64,000 nt of DNA from a virus (taxonomy: Duplodnaviria; Caudoviricetes): positions 8,554 through 72,553 of the IMG/VR virus record IMGVR_UViG_3300033072_000728. The stretch is one strand, 5' to 3'. Position 1 is the first letter of the stretch. Each line of letters begins with the position of its first letter. The translations under genes were made by a program, and so were the position numbers. Below, one piece after another: positions 18,077 to 25,930 of this stretch. A model generated the notes under the pieces. The model was not told the DNA's origin. It did not search any database and saw nothing but the letters and a program-made list of their open reading frames with translations.

Positions 18077-18394
18077 TTAACCTTCGGAAGATGTTTGTTC
18101 AGGTTTGGGCATACGTTCTTTGATTTCAGTTAGTAGTTCGTCAACGGTGTCATAAACTTTGAATCCACCTGAATTAAATGAAATGTGCATAAACTCATCA
18201 GGATCGGCAACATTGACAGGATAAACGTATTCTTGTGTTCCGCCTTCGCATTCAAACACAAGATGTTTGGTTTCGGCATACTTTTCAATCTTGTTTTGAC
18301 ACCAAACCCAACGCTTTACGGGTGTAGGAGCTTGTCCAGACCTAAAAGTTAGATCGGTAGTTTGTGGGAATTCAGTGATGTTTACAGAAGTCAT
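18077..18394 (-). CDS. hypothetical protein
   Basis: 105 aa ORF. Confidence 0.75.
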   Translation of the reverse strand: MTSVNITEFPQTTDLTFRSGQAPTPVKRWVWCQNKIEKYAETKHLVFECEGGTQEYVYPVNVADPDEFMHISFNSGGFKVYDTVDELLTEIKERMPKPEQTSSEG

Positions 18395-18431
18395 GTTACG
18401 AAAAAGTGTGTAAGTTGTTGAGAAGGTTTGA

Positions 18432-18680
18432 TTATGCCGTAGTTGTGTTTGTGTGGGTTAATAGTGAAGCAGAATGGTTGGGATTGAATGCCGTGACATC
18501 GGGGATACGGTTGGTTTCGTCGTTTGGGTCTTTTCGGTATCTGATTTCAAGATGATGCTCCCCTGTATCAAGTAACGTCTGAATACCTTTGGAAATATCT
18601 TGAATGTTAGTAATGAAAATATAGTTTGTTGGAATACCTAAACGGTGGATCAAAACTCGTTTAATAATGGATGGTTTCAT
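18432..18680 (-). CDS. array-2-like cassette (MKPSIIK)
   Basis: 82 aa ORF. Confidence 0.65.
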   Translation of the reverse strand: MKPSIIKRVLIHRLGIPTNYIFITNIQDISKGIQTLLDTGEHHLEIRYRKDPNDETNRIPDVTAFNPNHSASLLTHTNTTTA

Positions 18681-18844
18681 GGTAGAGTTGTTTGGTCAAT
18701 ATGGTCTTTCAATTTAAAAATAATGTCAAGGGATTGAACTTGAAGTTCGATTAACAATAGTAATAATTCTGGCGTAACAAGACATCGTTCAAAATTTTCA
18801 ATAGGTTTAGTAACGCGAATGATGGTTACAATCGGTTTAATCAT
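18677..18844 (-). CDS. array-2 cassette (55 aa)
   Basis: MIKPIVTIIRV...; ATGA overlap. Confidence 0.6.
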   Translation of the reverse strand: MIKPIVTIIRVTKPIENFERCLVTPELLLLLIELQVQSLDIIFKLKDHIDQTTLP

Positions 18845-19025
18845 CTTCACTTATTACATAACATAAAATACTTATAACGTTTTCCATTTTGGAATAAGGG
18901 AAAGATTGGGATTTGCTATGAATATACGTCCACAAATAAACATCAATACAGGTTGTCCCATAATATACGTTAAAATCCGATCTAAAGTTTTTGGTTTTAA
19001 ATGATGTTAGTGTAGGTTTATTCAA
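18837..19025 (-). CDS. array-2 cassette (TTG start, xNKPTL)
   Basis: TTGAATAAACC junction variant. Confidence 0.6.
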   Translation of the reverse strand: MNKPTLTSFKTKNFRSDFNVYYGTTCIDVYLWTYIHSKSQSFPYSKMENVISILCYVISEDD

Positions 19026-19260
19026 TTCTATTCTTCCCAAATTGTAATTCAAATATCTTATTTAAATGATAATCCAGTTTATCACGTTCATACGCTGAAA
19101 TAGTTGCTTTATATGAAGTTTTTTGTTCCATTTCGGGTGAAAGTTTTATCGTATTTGACCAACCCATTGCAATTAACGGAATTCCACGATAATGTTGTGT
19201 GGCATGTCTAATTACAAACCCACGTTCACAACTAATTTTACGGATGATGGGTTTATTCAT
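19018..19260 (-). CDS. array-2 cassette (MNKPII)
   Basis: 80 aa ORF. Confidence 0.7.
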   Translation of the reverse strand: MNKPIIRKISCERGFVIRHATQHYRGIPLIAMGWSNTIKLSPEMEQKTSYKATISAYERDKLDYHLNKIFELQFGKNRIE

Positions 19261-19438
19261 TTTGGAGTTGTTTCACTATCTGTTTGTAAGTTTCTTGATT
19301 TATACGGGTTGACAGTTCATTCCAATGTTTCCAATATAAACCGCTAATAAACAATTCAAATGGTAGAGGACATAGTTCAAATTCTAATGAACGTTGGGAA
19401 TTGACAAAATGCGGATATGTTATTTGAGGTTTAATCAT
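19253..19438 (-). CDS. array-2 cassette (MIKPQI)
   Basis: Start reassigned to the junction ATG at 19438. Confidence 0.65.
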   Translation of the reverse strand: MIKPQITYPHFVNSQRSLEFELCPLPFELFISGLYWKHWNELSTRINQETYKQIVKQLQNE

Positions 19439-19661
19439 AAAATTTAGAAATGAAATGTGCTCCAAACATTTTGCGTAAGGAAGAAACGATTCTTGCATCG
19501 TCAGATAATGTAATTTCTTTCCAGAAGAAATTATTATGAAATTCATTGGTTGGTAGTCGGATAGTACATAAAGGAACACCATCGTGGTGATTTGGCGCAT
19601 ACATTACAACTAGGTATTGAAGCGGGTTGTGTAATACCTTTACAATTTTTGGTTTAATCAT
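19431..19661 (-). CDS. array-2 cassette (MIKPKI)
   Basis: 76 aa ORF. Confidence 0.7.
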   Translation of the reverse strand: MIKPKIVKVLHNPLQYLVVMYAPNHHDGVPLCTIRLPTNEFHNNFFWKEITLSDDARIVSSLRKMFGAHFISKFYD

Positions 19662-19775
19662 TGGTTAAAAACTCCATTAAACGGTTCTGCAATCTTTCAG
19701 TAAAAGCTGGAATGCCATACTTGTCTGATTTTGCCAACCAGAATAACGATGTTTTAGAATAAGTGGTTTAATCGT
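19654..19775 (-). pseudogene. decayed array-2 cassette (ACG start, frameshift)
   Basis: ACGATTAAACC start; the family-type end LMEFLTND* lies in another frame. Confidence 0.55.
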
Positions 19776-19936
19776 ATTTGCAAGAATTTTAACACATATT
19801 CTGGGAACGGTTTAGAGCGAGCAACATTTATGATCGGGGGGTTTCACCAGACCACCATGATTTAAATAACGGATTCTAACCCCATCCCAAAATAATTCAA
19901 AATGAGTACAAACTCCAATATCCAGCCACAACATTG

Positions 19937-20047
19937 TTAGTATTTTTGGTTTGACCATGTTCGTAATTTTTCAAAATCTTGAAAGATGATTTCACAAGTA
20001 GCCGATTTCCATTTACACCCGATATAATTTATTTTGGATTTAATCAT
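19937..20047 (-). CDS. array-2 cassette (MIKSKI)
   Basis: Start reassigned to 20047. Confidence 0.55.
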   Translation of the reverse strand: MIKSKINYIGCKWKSATCEIIFQDFEKLRTWSNQKY

Positions 20048-20267
20048 TATTAAATTCCAACTCAAAAAATGGGACACATTCATCGAAATTGTCAAACAAT
20101 TGTTGCCCAACATCTTCAATTCCATTTGTTAAATTTACATAAACTGCAACTTCGTATTTCCAGTTATTAACGTCATCCAATACTTGACTTATAGTTGTTA
20201 TGTAATAAGAAGAATCGGATTTTCTCGATGAAACCGTATTGCACCAATCTATTTTGGGTTTAATCAT
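20040..20267 (-). CDS. array-2 cassette (MIKPKIDW)
   Basis: 75 aa ORF. Confidence 0.7.
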   Translation of the reverse strand: MIKPKIDWCNTVSSRKSDSSYYITTISQVLDDVNNWKYEVAVYVNLTNGIEDVGQQLFDNFDECVPFFELEFNND

Positions 20268-20269
20268 TT

Positions 20270-20434
20270 CTATTTCCTTGAGATTAATTTGTTAAGCCAG
20301 TTTCTGATCTGAGTATTATATCTCTGATTTATGAACCGAACAAAATGAATAGGATATAACACCCGATCATACATATCAGCATCCGAATCTGTTATATCGA
20401 CAAATCTTACAGTTTTAAGTTTGGGTTTAATCAT
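20270..20434 (-). CDS. array-2 cassette (54 aa)
   Basis: MIKPKLK...IRNWLNKL. Confidence 0.65.
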   Translation of the reverse strand: MIKPKLKTVRFVDITDSDADMYDRVLYPIHFVRFINQRYNTQIRNWLNKLISRK

Positions 20435-20574
20435 GATAACTCTTGAATACGTCTTTTAACGCGGTTGGTAAAACTCGATGGATAATACTCATCCCCATTT
20501 GCTGGACTAATTGATCTATCTTTCAGAGATCGACAACACATGACACGAACATCTAGGATTCTAGGTTTAATCAT
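20431..20574 (-). CDS. array-2 cassette (47 aa)
   Basis: MIKPRILDV... Confidence 0.55.
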   Translation of the reverse strand: MIKPRILDVRVMCCRSLKDRSISPANGDEYYPSSFTNRVKRRIQELS

Positions 20575-20734
20575 TTTTCAACAAAACTTCCCAATGGTTT
20601 TTCATCCAATTCAACATCCCAGCATAAACAACAAACTGGGATGCATAATTGCACCTTGGACTTGATGGGGTAGATTGAAAAGTATGTTTTTGGAAACCAT
20701 TAAACACGCCAGTTTTAATCGAATCCTTAATCAT
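20567..20734 (-). CDS. array-2 cassette (55 aa)
   Basis: MIKDSIK...LLKND*. Confidence 0.55.
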   Translation of the reverse strand: MIKDSIKTGVFNGFQKHTFQSTPSSPRCNYASQFVVYAGMLNWMKNHWEVLLKND

Positions 20735-20883
20735 TTAATATCTTTCTCAAAATTTCTCAAATATCGTTCCACCACGTTCAACCATTTTGATTCTTGTTCT
20801 GGGGTTCGATAATAAGAATCATATTCAACTGAATTGTTTTCATCATCGAAACATTTTACCTATTTAAACATAGGTTTTATCAT
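20731..20883 (-). pseudogene. array-2 cassette with TAG at codon 8 (20860-62)
   Basis: MIKPMFK*VKCF...; several relatives have Trp at position 8. Confidence 0.75.
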
Positions 20884-21062
20884 AGTTCATTTAACCAGAT
20901 CGTAATATCGTTAACATGATCCGAATATGATTCAACATTCCACCAGCCAGTGACTGGGTTTGGTACTTCTACCATCAATACACCTCTTTGGTTGAAAATG
21001 CGCCACGGATATAACCCCAGTGGTTCTGAAAAATCTACCCAGTGAATTTTACGTTTAATCAT
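20880..21062 (-). CDS. array-2 cassette (IHWVDF subfamily)
   Basis: 60 aa, ends ITIWLNEL. Confidence 0.75.
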   Translation of the reverse strand: MIKRKIHWVDFSEPLGLYPWRIFNQRGVLMVEVPNPVTGWWNVESYSDHVNDITIWLNEL

Positions 21063-21277
21063 TCTGAATAGTCTTGATCAAAAATTCTACAACCTCGTTA
21101 CAATCAAAAACTGAACCAACTCTGATGGATTGTGAGAAACTATGGTCTTGATTCCATTTTCTAAATGTTAATGTCATATTGTTGAGAAATGTGGTTAAAA
21201 TTATATTCTCCGATCAGTAAACGGACAAACTCATTATCTGGATTTAATGTAAACCAGTTAATTGCGGGGTTAATCAT
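21055..21277 (-). pseudogene. frameshifted array-2 cassette
   Basis: Start MINPAINW and end VEFLIKTIQND* are in different frames; shift near 21210. Confidence 0.6.
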
Positions 21278-21513
21278 GTTACCCCGCCATTCAAACGTGT
21301 TTCTAATTTGCTGTAATAATTATCAAGGGTTTTCATAAGACCACGATGTTTAAATAAACTTATTCCCCTTACCGTATTCTGGTGATATTGATCGACTGCT
21401 TCAAGCATCATTGAACAATGGCGTTTCCCTTTAATATATTCAAACAACTTTCCAAGTTTGAATACAATATCACCATCACAAAAATATACTGCATTGATGT
21501 TGGGTTTAATCAT
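21274..21513 (-). CDS. array-2 cassette
   Basis: 79 aa, MIKPNIN. Confidence 0.7.
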   Translation of the reverse strand: MIKPNINAVYFCDGDIVFKLGKLFEYIKGKRHCSMMLEAVDQYHQNTVRGISLFKHRGLMKTLDNYYSKLETRLNGGVT

Positions 21514-21737
21514 TGTTTTAATCTATTAACTAACCAATACATTAGTTCTGGCTCATATAATTCATATTCGTTGTCATTAACGTTGTTATTCATATATGTC
21601 CGAACAAACATCCGAACGGTGGGTGGCCAAACTAATTCATCAGGATCATATCCCAAAAATATACAAAAATTAAAGTCGTTATTAACAACCGTGCCATTAA
21701 CCCCTACATACACATAAATTAGATTAGTTTTTATCAT
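21510..21737 (-). CDS. array-2 cassette (LIYV subfamily)
   Basis: 75 aa. Confidence 0.7.
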   Translation of the reverse strand: MIKTNLIYVYVGVNGTVVNNDFNFCIFLGYDPDELVWPPTVRMFVRTYMNNNVNDNEYELYEPELMYWLVNRLKQ

Positions 21738-21937
21738 GACACTTTATCAGTTAACCATTGAACCAATTCTGATTCAAAATCGGCATATATTTTCTTTTCG
21801 CGATTTCCGTTATTATTGAATTTCATAATGGTTAGTACGCATGGATAATACTCCATAAAAATTCCAAAATCGAGAACAAAAACGCCTAGTTCATCTAGTT
21901 TGCCCATTTTTACGTAAATTAGTAGTGGTTTAACCAT
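21734..21937 (-). CDS. array-2 cassette (LIYV subfamily)
   Basis: 67 aa, MVKPLLIYV. Confidence 0.7.
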   Translation of the reverse strand: MVKPLLIYVKMGKLDELGVFVLDFGIFMEYYPCVLTIMKFNNNGNREKKIYADFESELVQWLTDKVS

Positions 21938-22125
21938 TCAATAATCCTTTGTTTTTCACGTTCATAAGCATAGGTCAGCCACCTTGAACTATGCCCTAAT
22001 TCAACCATTAGTTTGAAATCATATTCCATACCAGATCAAAGGATTTTTATACAAGATGGGAACCTAGTTGGAAACCATAACGGAGAATCAATTAAGTTGA
22101 CTTCACGTAATTTTGGTTTAATCAT
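21919..22125 (-). pseudogene. array-2 cassette with in-frame TGA (22036-38)
   Basis: MIKPKLRE...IKIL*SGMEY...IIEWLNHY*. Confidence 0.75.
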
Positions 22126-22330
22126 AAGTTAGATACTTTCTTAATTCATTACATTCCATCATATCTCCATTGTATTTTCCTTGCTGAATTCCACCTAGTT
22201 CATTGATGACTAGAACTAACCGTACATATCTAAAATGCTTTGTTTGTTTATCATAATGGTGTTGTTTAGATAATTGATAATAAGTTTCTGATTTTCTAAA
22301 GTTTAGAAGTTCGATGATGGGTTTTCTCAT
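22118..22330 (-). CDS. array-2 cassette
   Basis: 70 aa, MRKPII. Confidence 0.7.
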   Translation of the reverse strand: MRKPIIELLNFRKSETYYQLSKQHHYDKQTKHFRYVRLVLVINELGGIQQGKYNGDMMECNELRKYLTYD

Positions 22331-22533
22331 AACTCATTTAACCATTGGTTTATTTCCTGAGTATGATTCTCAAACGGTTCATAAGTCCAATAATCGTTGG
22401 TTGGTGAATTAAACTCCAACAAAAGTTGTTGGTCATCATAATTTAAAAATATCCTGTATGCTAGTAGAGTACATCCTTTCCATATTCGATCTGGCTCTAT
22501 GAAATCCACCCAATGAATCGATGATTTTTTCAT
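22327..22533 (-). CDS. array-2 cassette (IHWVDF subfamily)
   Basis: 68 aa, ends INQWLNEL. Confidence 0.75.
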   Translation of the reverse strand: MKKSSIHWVDFIEPDRIWKGCTLLAYRIFLNYDDQQLLLEFNSPTNDYWTYEPFENHTQEINQWLNEL

Positions 22534-22769
22534 AGTTCATTCAGCCAGTTTTTGACATCAGGTTTATTAAAGAATTGATCTAGTGAATTAAAGTATTCGG
22601 GATCACGGGTATTATCACGATACCAGTGAAATGCACCGCCAGCCCACCACACTTGTTTGTAAGAATCAAACACTAAATCATCATTTTGGATTCTATACCC
22701 CTTTGACAATGAAAACATATTGTCAAAAACCGTGTAGAACTCAACACCGTGGAATAACGGTTTAATCAT
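22530..22769 (-). CDS. array-2 cassette
   Basis: 79 aa, ends VKNWLNEL. Confidence 0.75.
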   Translation of the reverse strand: MIKPLFHGVEFYTVFDNMFSLSKGYRIQNDDLVFDSYKQVWWAGGAFHWYRDNTRDPEYFNSLDQFFNKPDVKNWLNEL

Positions 22770-22993
22770 AGGAGTTCTCGGGAAATAAACTCAAACATAT
22801 TAACTGATTCATTCAATGTTTGATACAACATATGAGTTTCGGTCTGTTCCCCATTCAAAAACCGAACTTCTTTATACGAATCCGAAACCATTTCCCCATT
22901 CACGAACGTGGTTCCTGTATAACCCACACTCAATGATATAAATTCTTCGTCGTTTAGATAGAATAACAGTTGTTCAATGTGTGGTTTAATCAT
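22766..22993 (-). CDS. array-2 cassette
   Basis: 75 aa. Confidence 0.75.
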   Translation of the reverse strand: MIKPHIEQLLFYLNDEEFISLSVGYTGTTFVNGEMVSDSYKEVRFLNGEQTETHMLYQTLNESVNMFEFISRELL

Positions 22994-23211
22994 ATAGATA
23001 ATCCTGTTTTAATATATTGAATAATTTGAAACGTATCATCAATATCAAGTGAATCTATTTGAGATAGTTGATATGTTGCTGTAAAAACTTTTTCAGAGTA
23101 ATGATTCCATTTCATCTTTCTTGGGTTATCCATGAGCTTAAATGACGATGACAAACTTATAGAGGTTTGGGTAGTGTACAACTTAATTCTTCGCAGTTTT
23201 GGTTTAATCAT
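22990..23211 (-). CDS. array-2 cassette
   Basis: 73 aa. Confidence 0.75.
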   Translation of the reverse strand: MIKPKLRRIKLYTTQTSISLSSSFKLMDNPRKMKWNHYSEKVFTATYQLSQIDSLDIDDTFQIIQYIKTGLSI

Positions 23212-23410
23212 TAAGAAACTCCATTATCTGGCTTAACTCTTTCAAATCATTGCATTCAAAAACTTGCCCTTCTGATTTTGCAAAATCCCATACTTTAAGT
23301 ATAAAAATAGGCTCAAGTAACGGGTTATTAAACTGATTTCGGAAGTGTGATAGCTGGTAAAACTCGGTTTCAGTTTTCCATTTTACATATTTGATAACAA
23401 GTTTAATCAT
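23204..23410 (-). CDS. array-2 cassette
   Basis: 68 aa, ends IMEFLND. Confidence 0.75.
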   Translation of the reverse strand: MIKLVIKYVKWKTETEFYQLSHFRNQFNNPLLEPIFILKVWDFAKSEGQVFECNDLKELSQIMEFLND

Positions 23411-23598
23411 ATTTCAGTCAACCATTTGAATAAGAAATTCTCAAAATCTTTATATAATACCGAGCACCATCCACGATCATCAGATAGTTCGACCGAAAAA
23501 TTATAATCCCAAAAAACTCTATAATAGGTGCCCATTATCCCACTACCATCCGTCGTAGTGTCCTTAAAATCTGCAAATTTTATAACGGGTTTAATCAT
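23407..23598 (-). CDS. array-2 cassette
   Basis: 63 aa, ends FKWLTEI. Confidence 0.75.
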   Translation of the reverse strand: MIKPVIKFADFKDTTTDGSGIMGTYYRVFWDYNFSVELSDDRGWCSVLYKDFENFLFKWLTEI

Positions 23599-23770
23599 TA
23601 TTAAGGCTTTTCACGATAGTTTTACGGTGAGAGGAAAGTTCTCGTAGTTTTCAGACGATGCGCTGGATCAATTCTAGGTCAGTGTTAGCAAACAATGTCG
23701 AAGTGTATTGTTCCCATAATTAGTCGAGTTGTTCATTTAATGATTGCAACTCTGCTTTAGATTGGGTCAT
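23591..23770 (-). pseudogene. 60-codon coiled-coil gene heading array 2, with in-frame TAA (23720-22) and TGA (23651-53)
   Basis: MTQSKAELQSLNEQLD*LWEQY...QRIV*KLREL...LNND*; ends at the 8-nt junction. Confidence 0.7.
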
Positions 23771-23807
23771 TTTTGATTCGTGTTTCTATATCTTGATGGG
23801 ATGTTTC

Positions 23808-23836
23808 ATTATACGTGACTTCGACTACTTAGTAAA
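23808..23836 (-). promoter_or_regulatory. sigma70-like promoter for array 2
   Basis: TTTACT-17 bp-TATAAT on the minus strand, just downstream of a terminator. Confidence 0.7.
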
Positions 23837-23869
23837 ATAGTCAACTATTTTCAGGTGGTGACAAACGAC

Positions 23870-23911
23870 AAAAATGCCTCTACACTGTTTTTCAAGTGTA
23901 GAGGCATTTTT
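23870..23911. terminator. intrinsic terminator
   Basis: AAAAATGCCTCTACACT / AGTGTAGAGGCATTTTT. Confidence 0.9.
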
Positions 23912-23926
23912 AGTTGTTCAGTTTGA

Positions 23927-24310
23927 TTACTTTCCCGAAACGGTCTTAATCATTTCCATCAGCTCATCAAAAGTTTCACGGGTGCTGTCCCACGAATCAT
24001 GGTCATATTCCCGTGCCCTGTCCCAGACCAGTTCCTTATGTTCGTTGGAGAATTCTGGATACCCCGAAAAAGAAATATCTTTGAATTCATTCAATGCTTC
24101 AGCGTGAACAGCAAACAGCGCACGTCTATAATTGTTGATTTCATCAGTGTTGGATTCAACCTCAACAATGTTGGAAAATGCATGCGCATCGTCACGATTA
24201 TCGAAGGTAGTAACCTTGCCATTTTTTACAGCGTGATACTTAGTGATACGCACAGGTGCTGGGCCAAGTGCTGCAATCTTCGCGGCGTGAATTTCTTTGA
24301 ACGTGGTCAT
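23927..24310 (-). CDS. hypothetical early protein
   Basis: 127 aa, SD CGGAGA, own promoter and terminator. Confidence 0.8.
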   Translation of the reverse strand: MTTFKEIHAAKIAALGPAPVRITKYHAVKNGKVTTFDNRDDAHAFSNIVEVESNTDEINNYRRALFAVHAEALNEFKDISFSGYPEFSNEHKELVWDRAREYDHDSWDSTRETFDELMEMIKTVSGK

Positions 24311-24354
24311 GATGTCATTTCTCCGTTGGTTGGTTTGATTTGCATTTCTTACTA

Positions 24355-24394
24355 ACCGATGAATCTATTATGCATCAGAAAACGCGAAATGCAA
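24355..24394 (-). promoter_or_regulatory. early-type promoter, copy 1
   Basis: TTGCAT-16 bp-CATAAT within the shared 23-mer TGATGCATAATAGATTCATCGGT. Confidence 0.8.
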
Positions 24395-24424
24395 GCGCTT
24401 TCAATCAATCCCCGACGAAATCAG

Positions 24425-25840
24425 TCAACTAATCATTGCGTATCGTTCAGAGCCAAGTGTTTGCATCATAACCCCAACAGGTGAGAAGTCAGATGCGCCC
24501 AGAATGGCTTTCATGATAGAAGGTGAGAATCCGCTAACCAGTGCAACGCCAGACTTGCTAAAGCTCACTGGAACACCAACAGAAGCATTCAGGTTCCAGA
24601 AAATAACCTTTGGCACTTTGTAGCCAGCTTGCTCGTATTTTCGTTCAATCATTTGCATTGCAGCGTCATTAGGTTCTTTTGTTGCGACATCAAACTGCAT
24701 ATCACTGAAAATGATAATGTCAGTTGGCATGTCACTTTCTGGCACCTTGCCTGCAATTCCTGTTTCTAAAATTCGTTCAAAGGTTTTTTCAAGATTGGTG
24801 TTCATTCCCCATTCGAGTGATTCAACTTCACGCTTCTTTGTCAGAATTGTTTTCGACTTCAATTTCACTAAACTTGGATTTGCAGAGAACGTGCAAATCA
24901 CGTCCTTAAATGCGCCAACATTCTTATCTGCAATATACAACCCAAGTGCAATACAAACTTCCATACAAGTAACTGAAGTATTATTTCCAGCACTGGTGCT
25001 CATTGAACCTGACACATCACAAACAGGCAAAATACGGCGGTTTTGTTGTTGAGCACTTTCAAGAAAATTAGGTAACGCTTTCCATTGGGCTTCAACTACT
25101 TTGGCATCATTGCCGCGTAATACATCATGCGGAAAGATTGCAGCAGCATTGATCTTTGCATCACCACTGATTAATGCCTCTTTGTATGCACCATAACCTT
25201 CTGGATCATGTTTGTTGAATGCTTTTTGATAGTTCTTTGCTGCAATACTAGGAACATGGTTGTAATTAATTTCAGTCCATTTATTGGCACACATTTTGGT
25301 TTCAACTACATTGGTAGTATTAACCAACAATTTGCGATACTCTTTTGGAGATATTTGCATGAAAATACGAAGTTCAGATGCTTCTTTGCCCTTACGTGGC
25401 ATCCATTTTCCTGCTAATTGGTTTCCTGCTTTTAGTGCATCTTGAATGATTTTGAAAGCATGATGTTTGACTTGTTTGGTTTCAAAAATCAGCAGATCAT
25501 CAAACCGCCCAAATTCAGGCAAGTGTGACAGAAACTTGATGAGTGATTCTGGATTATGTTTTTCAAGTGCTTTGAGACATTGGCGCACAATTTCACGTTC
25601 GCCTGCACCTTGACGAATATCGCGTGCCCATGCAAGTAGTTTCATTGCAATTGCTTGGTCTTCTTTGAACGCTTGAATAAACTTTGCCGAAATATCCTTA
25701 CCACGGGATGCACCAATGGTAAAGAATAGATCAACGTGTGTATCCATACTGGAAACTTGTGTTGGCATTCCATTAGTGGTTTGGGTCAGTGGAATATGAT
25801 TGTTTTGAATGTTGACTTGGGAGATAAAACGATTTGTCAT
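24425..25840 (-). CDS. TROVE/DUF2828-type protein with C-terminal vWA domain
   Basis: ARDIRQGAGER, FGRFDDL, KWMPRK, MIDAS VCDVSGSM, IFSDMQFD, IFWNL, LVSGFS; likely start 25840. Confidence 0.9.
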   Translation of the reverse strand: MTNRFISQVNIQNNHIPLTQTTNGMPTQVSSMDTHVDLFFTIGASRGKDISAKFIQAFKEDQAIAMKLLAWARDIRQGAGEREIVRQCLKALEKHNPESLIKFLSHLPEFGRFDDLLIFETKQVKHHAFKIIQDALKAGNQLAGKWMPRKGKEASELRIFMQISPKEYRKLLVNTTNVVETKMCANKWTEINYNHVPSIAAKNYQKAFNKHDPEGYGAYKEALISGDAKINAAAIFPHDVLRGNDAKVVEAQWKALPNFLESAQQQNRRILPVCDVSGSMSTSAGNNTSVTCMEVCIALGLYIADKNVGAFKDVICTFSANPSLVKLKSKTILTKKREVESLEWGMNTNLEKTFERILETGIAGKVPESDMPTDIIIFSDMQFDVATKEPNDAAMQMIERKYEQAGYKVPKVIFWNLNASVGVPVSFSKSGVALVSGFSPSIMKAILGASDFSPVGVMMQTLGSERYAMIS

Positions 25841-25899
25841 AGTTGAATTGTTTACTTGAGTGTTAGTGGTATGTGCGAGGGGAAAAAAAGAAAAATGGC

Positions 25900-25915
25900 A
25901 TCCCATTTTAATGGG
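25900..25915 (-). terminator. intrinsic terminator after the 383-aa gene
   Basis: TCCCATT/AATGGGA stem followed by a T-rich tract on the minus strand. Confidence 0.6.
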
Positions 25916-25930
25916 ACACCATATTGTTGA

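Larger units (their letters stand above)
14616..23598 (-). repeat. array of junction motifs ATGATTAAACC: 18 exact copies and about 19 variants
   Basis: Exact + strand GGTTTAATCAT at 15141, 15307, 15612, 15787, 17766, 17987, 18834, 19428, 19651, 20257, 20424, 20564, 21503, 22115, 22759, 22983, 23201, 23588 (hand count). Confidence 0.95.

Noticed and set aside
14616-23598. CRISPR reading of the ATGATTAAACC repeats
   Set aside because: The repeat is only 11 nt, irregularly spaced and always at gene starts.
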